From assembly GCF_001194135.2 (NCBI RefSeq), contig NC_068991.1:18188190-18252189 (forward strand): a stretch of DNA of 64,000 nucleotides. Direction: 5' to 3'. Source of the DNA: Octopus bimaculoides. Taxonomy: Eukaryota. The position numbers and the translations under genes were made by a program. The notes under the pieces were generated by a model. That model did no database searches. It saw only the letters and a program-made list of their open reading frames with translations, and had not been told where the DNA came from. Of this stretch, positions 26,746 through 39,721 are shown one piece after another; the first letter of the stretch is position 1, and every line of letters begins with the position of its first letter.

Positions 26746-27477
26746 TCCCTCGCTCACTATTATAAAGAGATGTAATAAATATATTTGTATGTGGGAATAA
26801 TAATTACATGTTTTATGAATCAAAGCATGAAAGGGGGGGGGATGGCGTGTGAAAAAAAAAACCCAGATACATCACCATTCACACTTGATTTATAGTGCGT
26901 CGGTGGTGAAGTCGGGAATTCGATTTTTAAATGGATATTTCTGTCCCCCCCCCCCACTCCTTTCCCTTCTATACTTCAAATAATAAATAAATGAATAGAT
27001 AAATGCATATCAAAGAAAATAATGAACTGTAAACACTGTAATGCCTATCCGTGTGTTTATAGCTAACACATATACATAGTATCAGAGAGGAGTGTTTAAG
27101 AGGAAACAAACTTCAATTTCATGTAAACATTTTGTTAGATGGATACAGAAAAAAAATTTTTAAATGCAAGAACGAAGCAATTTATACATTCAGACACATG
27201 TGTGCAGGTACACACACACGCACATATATATTAAGATATATATGTGTGTGTGTGTTTTATATATGAACAATCTAAAATAGTTGCGTCTGTAGAAAAATTA
27301 TGGGAGGATCTGTAAAAAAAAAAAAAAAGTGTGTCCGTGAAAATAAGTAGGCACATTTGAATGTGATGGTGCCGTGCAGTGCCCTGTAATATGTCTACAG
27401 AATTAAAAATAGATTTTTTTTCCTCAGCACAACCAACACACAAGAGACTACGACAAAAAAGAATGCTTAAAAAGCAT

Positions 27478-27643
27478 ATATATATATATATACATATATA
27501 TAGATAGATATATATATATATACATATATATAGATAGATATATATATATATACATATATATAGATAGATATATATATATATACATATATATAGATATATA
27601 TATATACATATATATACATATATATATATACATATATATACAT
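27478..27643. repeat. TA/TAGA higher-order minisatellite
   Basis: Repeating unit tatatatatacatatatatagataga(ta)n, running into a gap. Confidence 0.85.
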
Positions 27644-27798
27644 ANNNNNNNNNNNNNNNNNNNNNNNNNNNNNNNNNNNNNNNNNNNNNNNNNNNNNNNN
27701 NNNNNNNNNNNNNNNNNNNNNNNNNNNNNNNNNNNNNNNNNNNNNNNNNNNNNNNNNNNNNNNNNNNNNNNNNNNNNNNNNNNNNNNNNNNNNNNNNN

Positions 27799-27839
<41 letters not shown>

Positions 27840-28584
27840 CATACATATATACATACACACACACATATATATATATGCACACACATACATACACACAAAC
27901 AAAAATTGGTTCTTAACGAATACATTACCTGCTCTAAAATAAAATCCAATTTTGTATGTGGCTATTATTACTATTAATACTGTTACAGTTATTTAGTAGT
28001 ATATATTATAATAAATGTTATTAGTATTATAACAATACTAATAACAACATATTATTACTATTGTTATGGTTGTGTCAATGTGTATGCAGATATATATCAA
28101 TGTGTGTGTATATACACATATATGTATGTGTGTGTGTGTTTGTTTTGCTTCTTGTTTCACGTCTTCTTTCCTTATATATCCTTGAGTTGTTGATTTCTGG
28201 GCCTTTTTCCCCCCTTCTTAAAAAATATGTATATATATGTATATATAAATATATAACAAATTTAAAAGGTCTAAAATGATGTATTATAAAAAAGGAGGGG
28301 GATAGTTTTTTTGTTGTTGTTGTTGTTTCGTGTCTTTTACTTTTTTGTTTTTGTTTATGTTCGTTTCGGCTGTTTTTTTCTTTTCGCTTTGCTTGTTTTT
28401 TTTGTTTTTGTTCGTTTTAGCTTTTCCCCCAAGTTGTTATCAAAGCTAAAAGATAAGCCAACTTTGACTGACGTCAGCTGTCTTTACATCTCGTTCTAAT
28501 CTCGTCATCTCTCGCCATTTCAGGGTTAGCCTGCTCGCTCTTCGCTTTCTTCTAGTGGAAGTGAGGGAGGAAAGGAAAGAGAGA

Positions 28585-28842
28585 GAGTGAAATAGAGGGG
28601 ATGAAAGAGAGAGAGACAGAAATATGGGGGAGGATAAGAGAGAGTGTTAATAGAGAAAGCGAATGCAAGGATTAGGGAAGGAAGAGACGGGGAGGAGAGT
28701 AAGAGAAAAGGAAAGAGTGAAATAGAGGGGATGAAAGAGAGAGAAATATGGGGGGAAGGACGAGGGAGAGTGTTAATAGAGAAAGATAATGTAAGGATTA
28801 GGGAAGAAAGAGACGGGGAGGAGAGTAAGAGAAAGGGAAAAT
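28585..28842 (+). repeat. Purine-rich tandem duplication, unit about 130 bp, two copies
   Basis: gagtgaaatagaggggatgaaagagagag...gattagggaag.aagagacggggaggagagtaagagaaa starts at 28585 and again at 28715. Confidence 0.85.
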
Positions 28843-30779
28843 AAATATTAGAGAAGGTAAGTAGAGTAACAGGGAAGGGGTATAAATATTTGAGAGGGGT
28901 GTAATAGAAAGGGGTATAAATGTTAGAGAGGGAAAGTAGAGTGGAAGGAAAAGGAATAAATGCTAGAGAGGGAACATAGAGATATAAAAGGGTAAGAGCA
29001 AAGGGAAATGTTAGGGAGGGGGCACAATAAAAATGGTGAGTAATAGAGCGAAAGAAATATTAGAGCGGAGAACAGGAGTGATAAATAAAGATAGTAGTGA
29101 GTGTGAAAGAGAGAGAGAGAATAAAGGTGGAGAGAAAGAAGATTAAGAGAGTGTGCATGCAGGGGTGGGGGAGACGTGTTTTACTATTTAAAAGACCTTG
29201 ATAGCACGGCAACCAATATACTACCAAGGCCAGCGACTGCTAAACTCTTAGCTGTCGTAAAAGCAATTTTAAAGATTTGACTGCACTCGTTACGAAACCA
29301 ATGGTAAAAAAAAAAATTAAAAGAGGAAGCCTATATTTTGTGAATCGCTATTAGAAACAGCAGCCTGTTATCCCTTAAATCAAACAATAACGACTTTAAA
29401 AATGAAAATAAATCGAAGAATATATTGGATGTTGTAGTTCCTAACAGGACATAGTATTTTATGTATACTCAAAAAGATGAGCTGGTCACGGCTGGAACGT
29501 CTTTGGTAGATTAGTGCTAATTATGATGGCTAGGCAGACGACTACTAAACTACAAACTGTCATAAAAACATGCGATTCGATGACGTTCGTTAAGAAGCAG
29601 ATCGAAACGAAAGAAGTGATACAGTAAGAGGGTGTTAACTATTGGGAAAGGGGAAAAGGACGAGTGTGTGAGAGAAAGAGGAGAGGAGGGAAGGAGAGAT
29701 CATTTAGTTTAATTGACGAGAATATAAAAGAAAGCAAAGCAGGCTGCTGTGCAGAAAGGGGAGTCACATTTTAAAAGTCCTTGATACCACAGCAACTGAA
29801 ATCTAAGCAGTCGACAAATAAACTACAAACTACCGTAGAACTGCATTTGACATTTGATCCAACATTCAGGGCGATAGATGAAACGAAGTGAGTAGACAGA
29901 GCGAGTAGAAAAGTCGGGGTTGCATCCAAGACCGTTGAAATGAAACGGTGTATAAGTGAGCAGCTAATTGGTAAATTCTTGGGAATAAGCGATGGGAAGG
30001 AACGAATTTCTTCTACGGCAGTCATGGGCAGCTTGCGGCTCGTGGGACTTTCTGAATGGCACATCTAACAAAAGATTATCTTTAATTCCTTCTTGGCACC
30101 TAATTCTTTTAGTATTGCGACCTGCCTGGTGAGGAACTGTTTCATGGGACCCGCTTCCCGAAAAAGGTTGCCCATACAATGCTCTACGCGATCGCTCGAC
30201 CTACTAGAAACAGCAGCATTCTATTCGTTAAATAATGCCTAACTGGTCTTTGAAATGGATAAGGATTTTCAGATACACTATCTGAAAAAAAATTGGGATA
30301 GTCAAAGAAAAGATGAGTCAATTAAGGGAGTTAACTATCGAGTGAGTGACTTCATAGATGAGCAATGCAGCAAAAGAGACGATGATGAAGGATCAAATAA
30401 AAAAAACTAAAGGGGAGTTAACTATGAAACATAAACCAGACAAGAAGATGGGTTGTGCATAGCGAACAAGGGAGTTAACTGGTTAACAAAAAAAAAAAAA
30501 CAAAGAAAGAAACCAAGGAATTACAACAGAACTTTGAGAGATACAAAGGTATCTTCTTTTTTCATGGCATGGCGGAGGAAAGAATTGTGTCTAGACTTTT
30601 CACAATTTCTATCAGACCAGTGTCGTCGATGCTGCTAGTGTTAGTCTTGAACATTTACAAGCTGATGACAACAGGGGAACATATAGTTGGAAATTGGAAA
30701 TTCGTGACACGCCTGATAATGTAGATACACACACACACACACATATGTATATATATATATAAATACATACACAGACATG

Positions 30780-30930
30780 ACAGGTTTCTTTCAGATTCCA
30801 TCTACCAGATCTACTCACGAGGCTTTTGTCAGCCCAGGGGTACAGTAGAAGATACTTGCCCAAGGTGCTACGCAGTGGGACTGAACCCAGAACCAAGCGA
30901 TATAAAAAGAAACTTCTTACCACACAGCTA
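30780..30930 (-). mobile_element. SINE A/G-type head and body fragment
   Basis: ggtttctttcagattccatctaccagatctactcacgaggc...agaagatacttgcccaaggtgctacgcagtgggactgaaccc...cttaccacacagct. Confidence 0.75.
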
Positions 30931-30941
30931 TGCACACACAA

Positions 30942-30984
<43 letters not shown>

Positions 30985-31206
30985 TCTTCTTTTCAGGTAC
31001 ATGACACTGCTGTCCCCCATCCCAGGGTCTCACGGACCCACACCTCCCACATCATCAGAGTTGGCACACTGAACGTCGGCACACTGAAAGGTAGGTCTAG
31101 GGAGATTGTTGATATGCTTGAACGGAGATGTGTCGATTTGTGCTACCTCCAAGAAGCAAAGTGGAGAGGAGGTTCCGCTAGGTTCCTCACAGGCAAAAAA
31201 CACAGA
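30985..31206 (+). pseudogene. RTE LINE apurinic-endonuclease N-terminal fragment
   Basis: From 31054 it translates IRVGTLNVGTLKGRSREIVDMLERRCVDLCYLQEAKWRGGSARFLTGKKHR, with the APE motifs GTLNV and QE.KW typical of RTE ORF starts. Confidence 0.88.
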
Positions 31207-31759
31207 TAACTACATTTAATCCATTCATCATTGTTTTAGTACTTTAAAGTGTGGGTTAAGTTTTAATTCAGCAGCAAGGGTTAATGAAGTAAAATAAACT
31301 AAGAGAATTTATTGCAGGTATACAGAAAAAACTCGGACATAAAAGAAACACATAAAATGACTTGGATGTACAAGAAACATACCCAATAAGATGTGTATTA
31401 AAAGGTAGATGGATTCAGTCATTGAGAATTAAACATCAGCACAATAGAACGCTTGGACGGAACATACTTCAATTTAGAAACATATGTTATTTAATATCTT
31501 ATCCATTTCAATTCCACAGAGAGCTGGCTAATAATGACAATAAAAAGGAGAAAAGAGAAAGAGATATGGAAAAAGAGGTATAAAGCCATACCTGACAATT
31601 ATTGTTGTTTGTTCTACAGTCCTGACCATAGCATCAATAAAAAATTATCATTAGAGCATTAACTACAGTAATGCTTGAGAGGGTAAAGGTATTTGACATG
31701 CACACACATACAGATATTTGTGTGTGTGTATGTACACATTACACATATACACACACTCA

Positions 31760-31821
<62 letters not shown>

Positions 31822-32129
31822 GATGCAAATGCATGCACAGATAAGGATACACATCACAGAAGGACTAGGTGGAGCAGGAGGATACACATGAATGGAAAGG
31901 GTCACTAAAGAAGTCACAGACGTGTGACGAAAGATTTCCAGACAATGGACATAAGATAAAATAAGAACAATAATAAACAAGTGGAGAACAAATACATAGT
32001 GTATGTGTTTATTTGGTGAAAGAAAAAAAATGATCATCCCGAAATATAACAGTATCTGTTTCAACACACGATTTCACATCAGGAATCTTACAAAACAAAT
32101 TCATAAAACACACACACATACACAGCGTG

Positions 32130-32460
32130 ATCATCAGCATCCTCATTCATCATTTTATGTTCACCTTTTTTATGCTAGCATGAGATGAACAGTTCAACAG
32201 GATCCACTGTCTTAGTTTTGCTTTAGTTTTTATGGCTGAGTGCCCTTCTTAACACCAACCAGTTTACAGAGTATAGTGGGTGCATCTTTTTTCTGATACC
32301 TGCACTACAGAGATTATCTTACTCTCAGCAAAACAAAGAAAAAAGTCCTTTCAAACCCTATTTTTTTTTTTCCCCACAATTCATTAACTTCTTTACAGAG
32401 TGTGCTAGGAGCTTTTTTCCATGCTACCAGCAATAGTGAGATAGCCTTGTAAAGACTCTA
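32130..32460 (-). mobile_element. Degenerate RTE-3' (family D) fragments
   Basis: tcatcattttatgttcac...tatgctagcatgagatg and ggctgagtgcccttcttaacaccaaccagtttacagagtatagtgggtgc. Confidence 0.55.
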
Positions 32461-33257
32461 ACACTGAAAGCAAATAGGAGATAGGAGAATGATGGCTTTA
32501 GTGATGACTTTCGGTGAGGTGTTGGAAGAAGTTACAGTATTATACAGGAAGAGTGATGACTTTAGGTAAGTTGATTAGAGAAATTACACATGCAGAATAG
32601 AACGGATTTATCGTTGAGAGGGATTAGTAGTGGAGAGATTAACAGTAGATGAGACAAGTGGGAACCAGAGCACACTCACAAAGTAACATGCCTAGGAAGG
32701 TGAATAGAAGGCAGCTTAGTAACAGAAGACTCAGGGAGAGTGTGTAGAGGTTGCAAGAGTAGAATCCATCTTTTCCCCACTCAAGCATCATGATTCAGGT
32801 CAGAGGAAGTAGCAGGATATGAGTAGTAGAGGTAGGGGGGATTCAGCATGCATAGGTCAGGTAACATCATAGAGTGTATAGGAAAACAAAATGACAGTGA
32901 GATGGAGAAAATGTATGATATATATAGAGAGAGGGGGGATTTAATATGCACAGGTCAAATGCTTTTGTCTCAATATAGGCCTACAGCTTATTTTATACCC
33001 TCAAATTATAGCAGGCATTTTCACAAGCTGCTGCAGAAGGTCAGGTCTTTAGCTGCACCATGTATTGTCAATCAACATCTGATCCTGGATCCCACACTTT
33101 TGGAACACCTCAATCCCACTGCTAATTAGATCACTGCAATAACAAAAGTTATCAACTACTACTAGGGAGCCACCTGGACATTTGAGAGAATCTAGTTTCC
33201 AAGTGTCCCAAGTGCAGCAGATGCACTAGGGCTCAAATACATACACACATGCGTGTG

Positions 33258-33909
33258 CTAGCAGGTAAAATGTAAAGATATGGGTGCATGAGGGACAATA
33301 TTATCAATTAACTGAACTTGAAAAAGTACAAGACAGGAAGTGGAAGCTTAAAAATATTGCAGCTGAAGTTAGAATTAGGCATTTAAATAACATGCTTTTT
33401 AATGGAGAAAAGCAAGGCAAAGATTTAGTGTAAAAAAATTTTATGTATACTCGGGCAGCATATTGGTAATTTGGTAAATTTGAAGGACCATTTTCTTTTC
33501 CCTATTGCACCCTCTCATGTACATGTCTAACTGAGACCATACTCAAAGGTTTAATGTTGAATGTGTGGAAAATAAATGTTTTGCGCTTGTGGAAAGGGAG
33601 GTTTGTTGGTCAATCTTTATATAAGAAATGAGTTTTGGAATGGTGAGAGTTTCTGGATATCAAGAACTAAGAGCTTTGAATTTCTAGAGAGCTTCATATG
33701 CATGGCTTTCCAATCTTTTGTCTATAGTGTTTAGAATTTAAAAAGGTGTATACTTTTACATTTGAATGAAACTAAAAACAACATATATTTTAAATTTCAA
33801 TTCTAACTTCAGGTGCAATTTTTTTAAGCTTCCATTTCTTGTTCTGTATTTGTCCAGGTTCAAATAAATAAGAATAATATCACTTCTGCACCTGCATTTT
33901 TCTTGCTAG
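33258..33909. mobile_element. Non-autonomous DNA transposon with long degenerate TIRs (about 130 bp)
   Basis: Left ctagcagg...tgaacttgaaaaagtacaagacaggaagtggaagcttaaaaatattgcagctgaagttagaatt aligns with the reverse complement of right aattctaacttcaggtgcaatttttttaagcttccatttcttgttctgtatttgtccaggttca...cttgctag. Confidence 0.65.
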
Positions 33910-34949
33910 TTCACTCTTTTTATAGGCAATGCTTTTTACAGCAAAAATATACTATAATTTTATTGAGACATAACCAAAAAAGTATATGTACAGAAGATTC
34001 AATTTTTTCAAAGATTAAATTATTCTCAAAAAGTAAATTTTGTAAATTAACAAAAGGTAATTTATGCCAACAAAGACCCTGAAATGAAGAAGAAAAATTC
34101 CAACAAAGCAGCAGTAGATTAATTAAATGATGCCAGCTAGAAAGCAATACAGCAAATATGGAGTCAACAAGTTTGAGGCAAAGGGCAAAAACGATTTGAT
34201 CACATTCGAATTCCTGAGAAACACCATCAACACACTACAAGTTTCTTGGATGCTATGGTACTGGATAAGTATATTTTGAATGTTACAATTTCTGTTTTTT
34301 TACATGATGATTTGTCCACACCCTTTTCAATCTTTACAACATGTAAACTGGTTAGGGAGGGAGTGGATTCAGTTCTTATTTCTATAAATAGGTGTTATTC
34401 TGAAAGCTGGAAGAAGTGAGAATGCTTTAAAAAGGTGAAATTTTGGGCTGTTATTTCTAGCATGATAAGCAACTACATTGAAGCATCTTTCATTGTTTGC
34501 TGGTTTGACAGGCATTTCCACATGCATAGCAGATGCTATTCCAAAAGCTAAGGGTAGGGTTGATTTTAAAAAACAAATCGAAATTTTTGGAAAAATTATT
34601 CTTCAGAGATTTGGCTGTTATTTCCTGCAAATTTGTGTGACCATATTAAGACCTTCCTCATTTCGCTTGCTGGTTTGACAAATATATACAAATGTGGAAA
34701 TGAGGGGAGAAATTTTAAAATCTTCAAAGAGATAAACAAATGATTTGTGGACAGGAGTTGTAGGAGAGGATTATGAAAAACTGCTATTTGTGCAAAATCG
34801 TTATCTTTGGTGTTGAAAACATGATTAAAAAAAATTTTGTAACAAAATAAAATTTAAAAAAAGAGAGGGTACATATTCAACACGTCTGACCAAATATCTT
34901 TCTCTTTTCAACCCTACATGACCTCTGTTTGTTCACCAATTACTTTACA

Positions 34950-35295
34950 GAATGCCGGTTGCTTCCACTTGCAAAACAATAGTTAAGTTAGTATTAACAA
35001 ATTTAATTTAGTGCTCATTAAAAAGGTAATTAAGAATAATTATGTGACAATGAAAAGACAATGTTAGTCAATATCAAATATTATTTTAGTTACTTAATTA
35101 TTTCAGCAAGTATGGGGGACAACTCCAAGTATTTTCCTATGTTAACAGACATATTAATTAAAATAATATAAGTAAATAACTAATATTGTCTTTTCCTCAC
35201 TATATAATTATTTGTAATTAGCTCTTTTTTAATGTTCACAACATGACATATGTTAACACTAACTGAACTATTGTTTTTCATATTGATGGCGTTTC
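34950..35295. mobile_element. AT-rich foldback MITE (arms about 120 bp)
   Basis: aaaacaatagttaagttagtattaaca...gaaaagacaatgttagt is inverted relative to actaatattgtcttttc...tgttaacactaactgaactattgtttt; spacer of about 60 bp. Confidence 0.65.
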
Positions 35296-35379
35296 TGAGC
35301 AATTAATTCTCTAAAATATGCTAATTGTCTCTGCTAACTAGTGTACACCTACTTCATGATACTCTAATCATTATTTGAG

Positions 35380-36949
35380 AATGTACAGAAATTATAAAAG
35401 CAGTACATTGGCACAATCATTAGAGCATCAATCCAAGTGCCTTGTAGTATTTCTTTTGGCCTTTTACATTCTAACTTCAAATCCTGCTAAAATTCACTTT
35501 ACTTTTCATCCTTTCAGAGTCGATAAAATAAAGCACCAATCAAGTACTACATTTGATGATATCCACTACACAAAGGCTGTACCTTAATGTTAATTTGCTT
35601 TCACATTGATACAGCTTCATAGTTGATTTAGTGCACTCAAGGCGGCGAGCTGGCAGAATCGTTAGCACGCCAGGTGAAATGCTAAGCAGTAGTTCATCTG
35701 CCGCTACGTTCTAAGTTGACTTTGCCTTTCATCCTTTCAGGGTCGATAAATGAAGTACCAGTTGCATACTGGGGTCAATGTAATCGACTTAATCCCTTCC
35801 CACAAATTTGAGGCCTTGTGCTTCCAGTAGAAAGGATTATTATTATTATTATTATTTCCACCGAGGTCGACTTTGCCTTTCATCCTTTCATGGTTAATAA
35901 AATAAGTACCAGTTGAACACTGGGTCTATGTAATCAACTAGCCCCCTTCCCCAAAATTGCTGCCCTTGTGGCAAAATTTGAAACCTTTATTATCATCATC
36001 ATCATCATTATTTTTACTAAGGTGATGAGCTGGCAGAATCATTAGCGCGCCGGGCGAAATGCTTAGAGGTATTTTGTCTGCTGTTACATTCTGAGTTCAA
36101 ATTCCGCCGAGGTCGACTTTGCCTTTCATCCTTTCGGGATCGATAAATTAAGTACTAGTTACACACTGGGGTCAATGTAATCGACTTAATCCCTTTGTCT
36201 GTCCTTGTTTGTCCCCCTCTATGTTTAGCCCCTTGTGAGCAATAAAGAAATAAAAATTGTTAGCGCGCTGGACAAAATGCTTAGCGGTATTTCACCCGTT
36301 GGTATGTTCTGAGTTCAAATTCCACCGAGGTTGACTTTACCTTTCATCCTTTCGGGGTCAATAAAATAAGTACCAGTTAAACATTGGGGTCAATGTAATC
36401 GACTTATCCCCTCCTCCAAAATTGCTGCCCATGTGGCAAAATTTGAAATCATTATTTTATTATTATTATTGAGAGAACAGCACACACTATCAAAGATGCT
36501 GGGGTACAAATATATGAAACCCCAATATATCTCTCAATACTACCTATATGATAAAGGTACTCTAGGCACATGCATCTATTATTATCATAAAAAAATGGCA
36601 AGCTGGCAGAATCACTACCATGCCAGACAAAATAATTGGCTTTACATTCAGAATTAAAATTCTGCCAAAGTTGACTTTGTCTTTCACCCTTTCAGGTTTG
36701 ATAAACTAATTACTATGTAATCAGTTACCCCCTCCCCAAAATTTCAGTCCTTGTGCCCATTCTAGGAAGGATTTCCAATGAGGTTGACTTTGCCTTTCAT
36801 CCTTTCAGGGTCGATAAATTAAGTACCAGTGAAACACTGGGGTTGATGTAATCAACTAGTCCCCCCCCCCCAAAAAAAAAAAAATTTCANNNNNNNNNNC
36901 CCCCCCCAAAAAAAAAAAAATTTCAGACCTTGTGCCTTTAGTAGAAAGG

Positions 36950-36955
<6 letters not shown>
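35380..36955 (+). mobile_element. Head-to-tail train of about 7 SINE family B copies
   Basis: Repeated gagctggcagaatc(g/a)ttag...gagttcaaattcc.ccgaggtcgactttgcctttcatcctttcggggtcgataaa..aagtaccag...ctggggtc.atgtaatcgact units starting near 35400, 35640, 35855, 36018, 36275, 36600 and 36778, joined by (ATT)n/(ATC)n. The central segment resembles the Meta-domain of MetaSINEs (from recall). Confidence 0.9.
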
Positions 36956-36981
<26 letters not shown>

Positions 36982-37834
36982 CTCTCCATCAGGTGGAAAG
37001 GGTAGTGCCTATGATCCTTTAAGGGGCCTCTGAAACTGGCCAGGAAAGACTTGATCTGGGCTGAATTCTTACAGCACAGTGGACTTTGCTAAAGCCATTT
37101 AAGGACAAAATGGTGTTGTTAAACTGGGAGACAGATTAGATCCACCAACAAAGTAGGTCATGGCAGAATTTGAAACAGCCAGAAAAAAAAAACAAAAAAA
37201 AACAGCAAGTGGTATCTTGGCAAACACTAACAATTCCAACAGTCCACTGCACATGACAGATACATCCTCAGAAGGATGAAAAGTTAAGTTGGTCTCAATA
37301 GGATTTGAACTTAGAATGTAAGGTGCTAGAATAAATACCACAAAGTATTCTGCTTGATGCACTGATGACTCTGCCAATTCACTGCCATAAATATTCTACA
37401 AGAGATGGCTCATATGCCAGAATATGCCCCAATGATGTGTAGCTGCCAGCTGATATGCCAATGACCTGTTTTTGCTTTTCATTGGTTTTAATTCTAGAAG
37501 ATAAAGTTGTTATGAATATGGCCTACACTGATCCCTTCATTACTGGAGGGATTGGTGTGGATAATGTGTGGATAATGTTCTTCTTAAGAAGTTGTGAGCA
37601 AACAGTAGCAGGAAAAAACACAGACAGACGGGGATTTCAAGAAGATTAACATTTTGAGGTGAAAGAACAGAACATAGCGGTAAGCAGGGTGGATGATATG
37701 AATGACAAGAGGAGAGATGGACAAGTTAAGAGTATGTGAGTAGCGGTGTCACAGACCCAACAATGTCTGAGGAAGAGAGACCCCAATTGTAGCAGTAGAA
37801 AAGTTTGGTAATATAGGTTGTGAGTGTAAGGTGG

Positions 37835-38040
37835 TAAGCTGGCAGAATCATTAGCAGGTTGGACAAAATGCTTTGAAGTAATTCTTCTGGCCTTTTACAC
37901 TGAGTTCAAATTCCATCAAGGTCAACTTTGTCTTTCATTCTTTTGAAGTCGATAAAATGAGTACCTGTCAAACAGTGTGGTCAATGTAATTGAATAATGC
38001 CTTCCCCTAAAATTTCAGGCCTTGTGCTAATAGTAGAAAG
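37835..38040 (+). mobile_element. SINE family B
   Basis: aagctggcagaatcattagc...gagttcaaattccatcaaggtcaactttgtctttcattc...ggccttgtgctaatagtagaaag; CpG-decayed. Confidence 0.8.
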
Positions 38041-38344
38041 AATACAGGTAGTGAATGTGTTTTTGTGCTGTTGACGGATAGAAAATTGGTAAAGTTCTAT
38101 TGGAAAATGTTTTTGAGTTCTTGGTTCATGGAGTCAGAGAAGGTTTTGTTTGGGTGTCTATGTTGTATGTGGACAATGCTTAAGTGTGGAACGCTAGAGA
38201 GAATGAAGAACGGCATCATCTATGTAAGAGGGGATGTTGTTAGATGTAAGCACAAGTTACACAATATTCAACCATTATGATTATGAGTGTACTCTACTTT
38301 GTCATCAACTGCACTGTGGCACATATGCCGGTTGATTCTTTTAG

Positions 38345-38710
38345 AAACCATTGTGGAACAAGATTTCGCCATCAGTGACCTCAGTTATGTTGATGACCTT
38401 GCAATAAATAGTGCTGACCATGTAAATATCTAATCAGCTGCTGAACACATCAGTATGCATGTGTTGTAAATTAACTTGAAAATAATCTCAGCTAAGACTG
38501 ATATTCTATCAGCGAGCATCTCATTCTCTGAAACAGTTCCTCTCATACTCAATGGCATGATTCTGGAAAAAGTTAATTTAAGTACCTTGGTGCTACCGTC
38601 GCTGCCTTTGGCTAAGATCAATACAAGGTAGGTGGATCAACCACATGGTGCATTGGGTCATTTTCAAAGCTGGCTTTGGTTTAGGCAAGAGATCATACCT
38701 ACCAAGTACT
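38345..38710 (+). pseudogene. Degenerate RTE/BovB-like reverse transcriptase fragment
   Basis: Translates AISDLSYVDDLAIN...NLKIISAKTDIL...PLILNGMILEKVN and, after a frameshift, KYLGATV: YxDD catalytic motif plus downstream RT motifs, with in-frame stops. Confidence 0.75.
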
Positions 38711-39489
38711 TGGTCACATGATCCTGTTATACGGTTACTGTTTCTAGCAGATTAAACAATCATGCAGAGGATCCCTCAATGCCTTGGTTATCATTTTTAC
38801 TGAAAACAATTCTGAACAATTACATCAACAGACATATTAGGTTAGCAAATATGAAATTCACTAGGCTAATTATATGGTAGGATACCTGAAGCAAAGAAAT
38901 CTTTCAGTGCACACATATGTAATAAATAGAGCTATTGGATTCTCCACAACGATGAAAATATGCTTGAGATATAAAAAGCCTAATCTAAAAACACTAGATT
39001 GAAGCTCCAGATAAGGAGGAAGTATTTACCACAGACAGATACATGTGTATCTACTCTGCCCAACTACAACATATTAAAAACTATTATAAAATATTTGCTG
39101 TCTTTTAGTTTTGTTTCTTTTTTTGTTGTTATTTTCATGTTTCTCAGTCAGTGTTGTTTTTTTTTCCTTTTATGTTTTATTCTCATTTTTAAAAAAAGAA
39201 AAATTACATGCTCCGCCTTTCAACATCCTGTTTTGTTTCAAGCTAAAGATTTGTCCTTGGAAAACAAATACTCAATTGATTTCAATTGCTTTCTGTTGCT
39301 CACTTTGGTATAAAAAATAATTATTATAATTATCCCAACAAAATGATACTTAAATTATAAGGATATTTCTATGATAATAATAACTTCTTTCATGATGGTG
39401 GTGGTAATAATAATAATGATAATAATAATAATAATTAGCTGGACTCATGAAAAATTCACAGAAAACAATAAAGAATGTAAGCATCTGTA

Positions 39490-39672
39490 AACAGTGTACT
39501 GGTGCCATGAGAAATGTTTGTATATTATGACCGTCTGTCTTTACATTCTGAGTTCAAATTCTGCCGAGATCGACTTTGCCTTTCGTCCTTTTGGAGTCGA
39601 TAAATTAAGTTTCAGTTGTGTACTGGGGTCGATTTAATCAACTGATCCCTCCCCACAAAAAATTCAGGCCTA
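39490..39672 (+). mobile_element. SINE family B
   Basis: ctgagttcaaattctgccgagatcgactttgcctttcgtccttttggagtcgataaattaag...ctggggtcgatttaatc. Confidence 0.8.
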
Positions 39673-39721
39673 GAAAAGTATACTGTGACAGTTACAGAAT
39701 ACAGAAAGTTTGAAATTTCCC

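Noticed and set aside
29771-30064. 97-aa ORF with a largely open antisense frame
   Set aside because: No recognisable domain; more parsimoniously UTR or promoter-proximal sequence.
32460-33130. Purine-rich tract with a minus-strand TKAFD motif (possible CR1/Jockey RT remnant)
   Set aside because: Too degenerate to support a call by eye; it needs a profile-HMM search.
35380-36955. Regularly spaced repeats superficially like a CRISPR array
   Set aside because: The units are about 200-bp SINE copies in eukaryotic DNA, with no short repeat-spacer structure and no cas genes.
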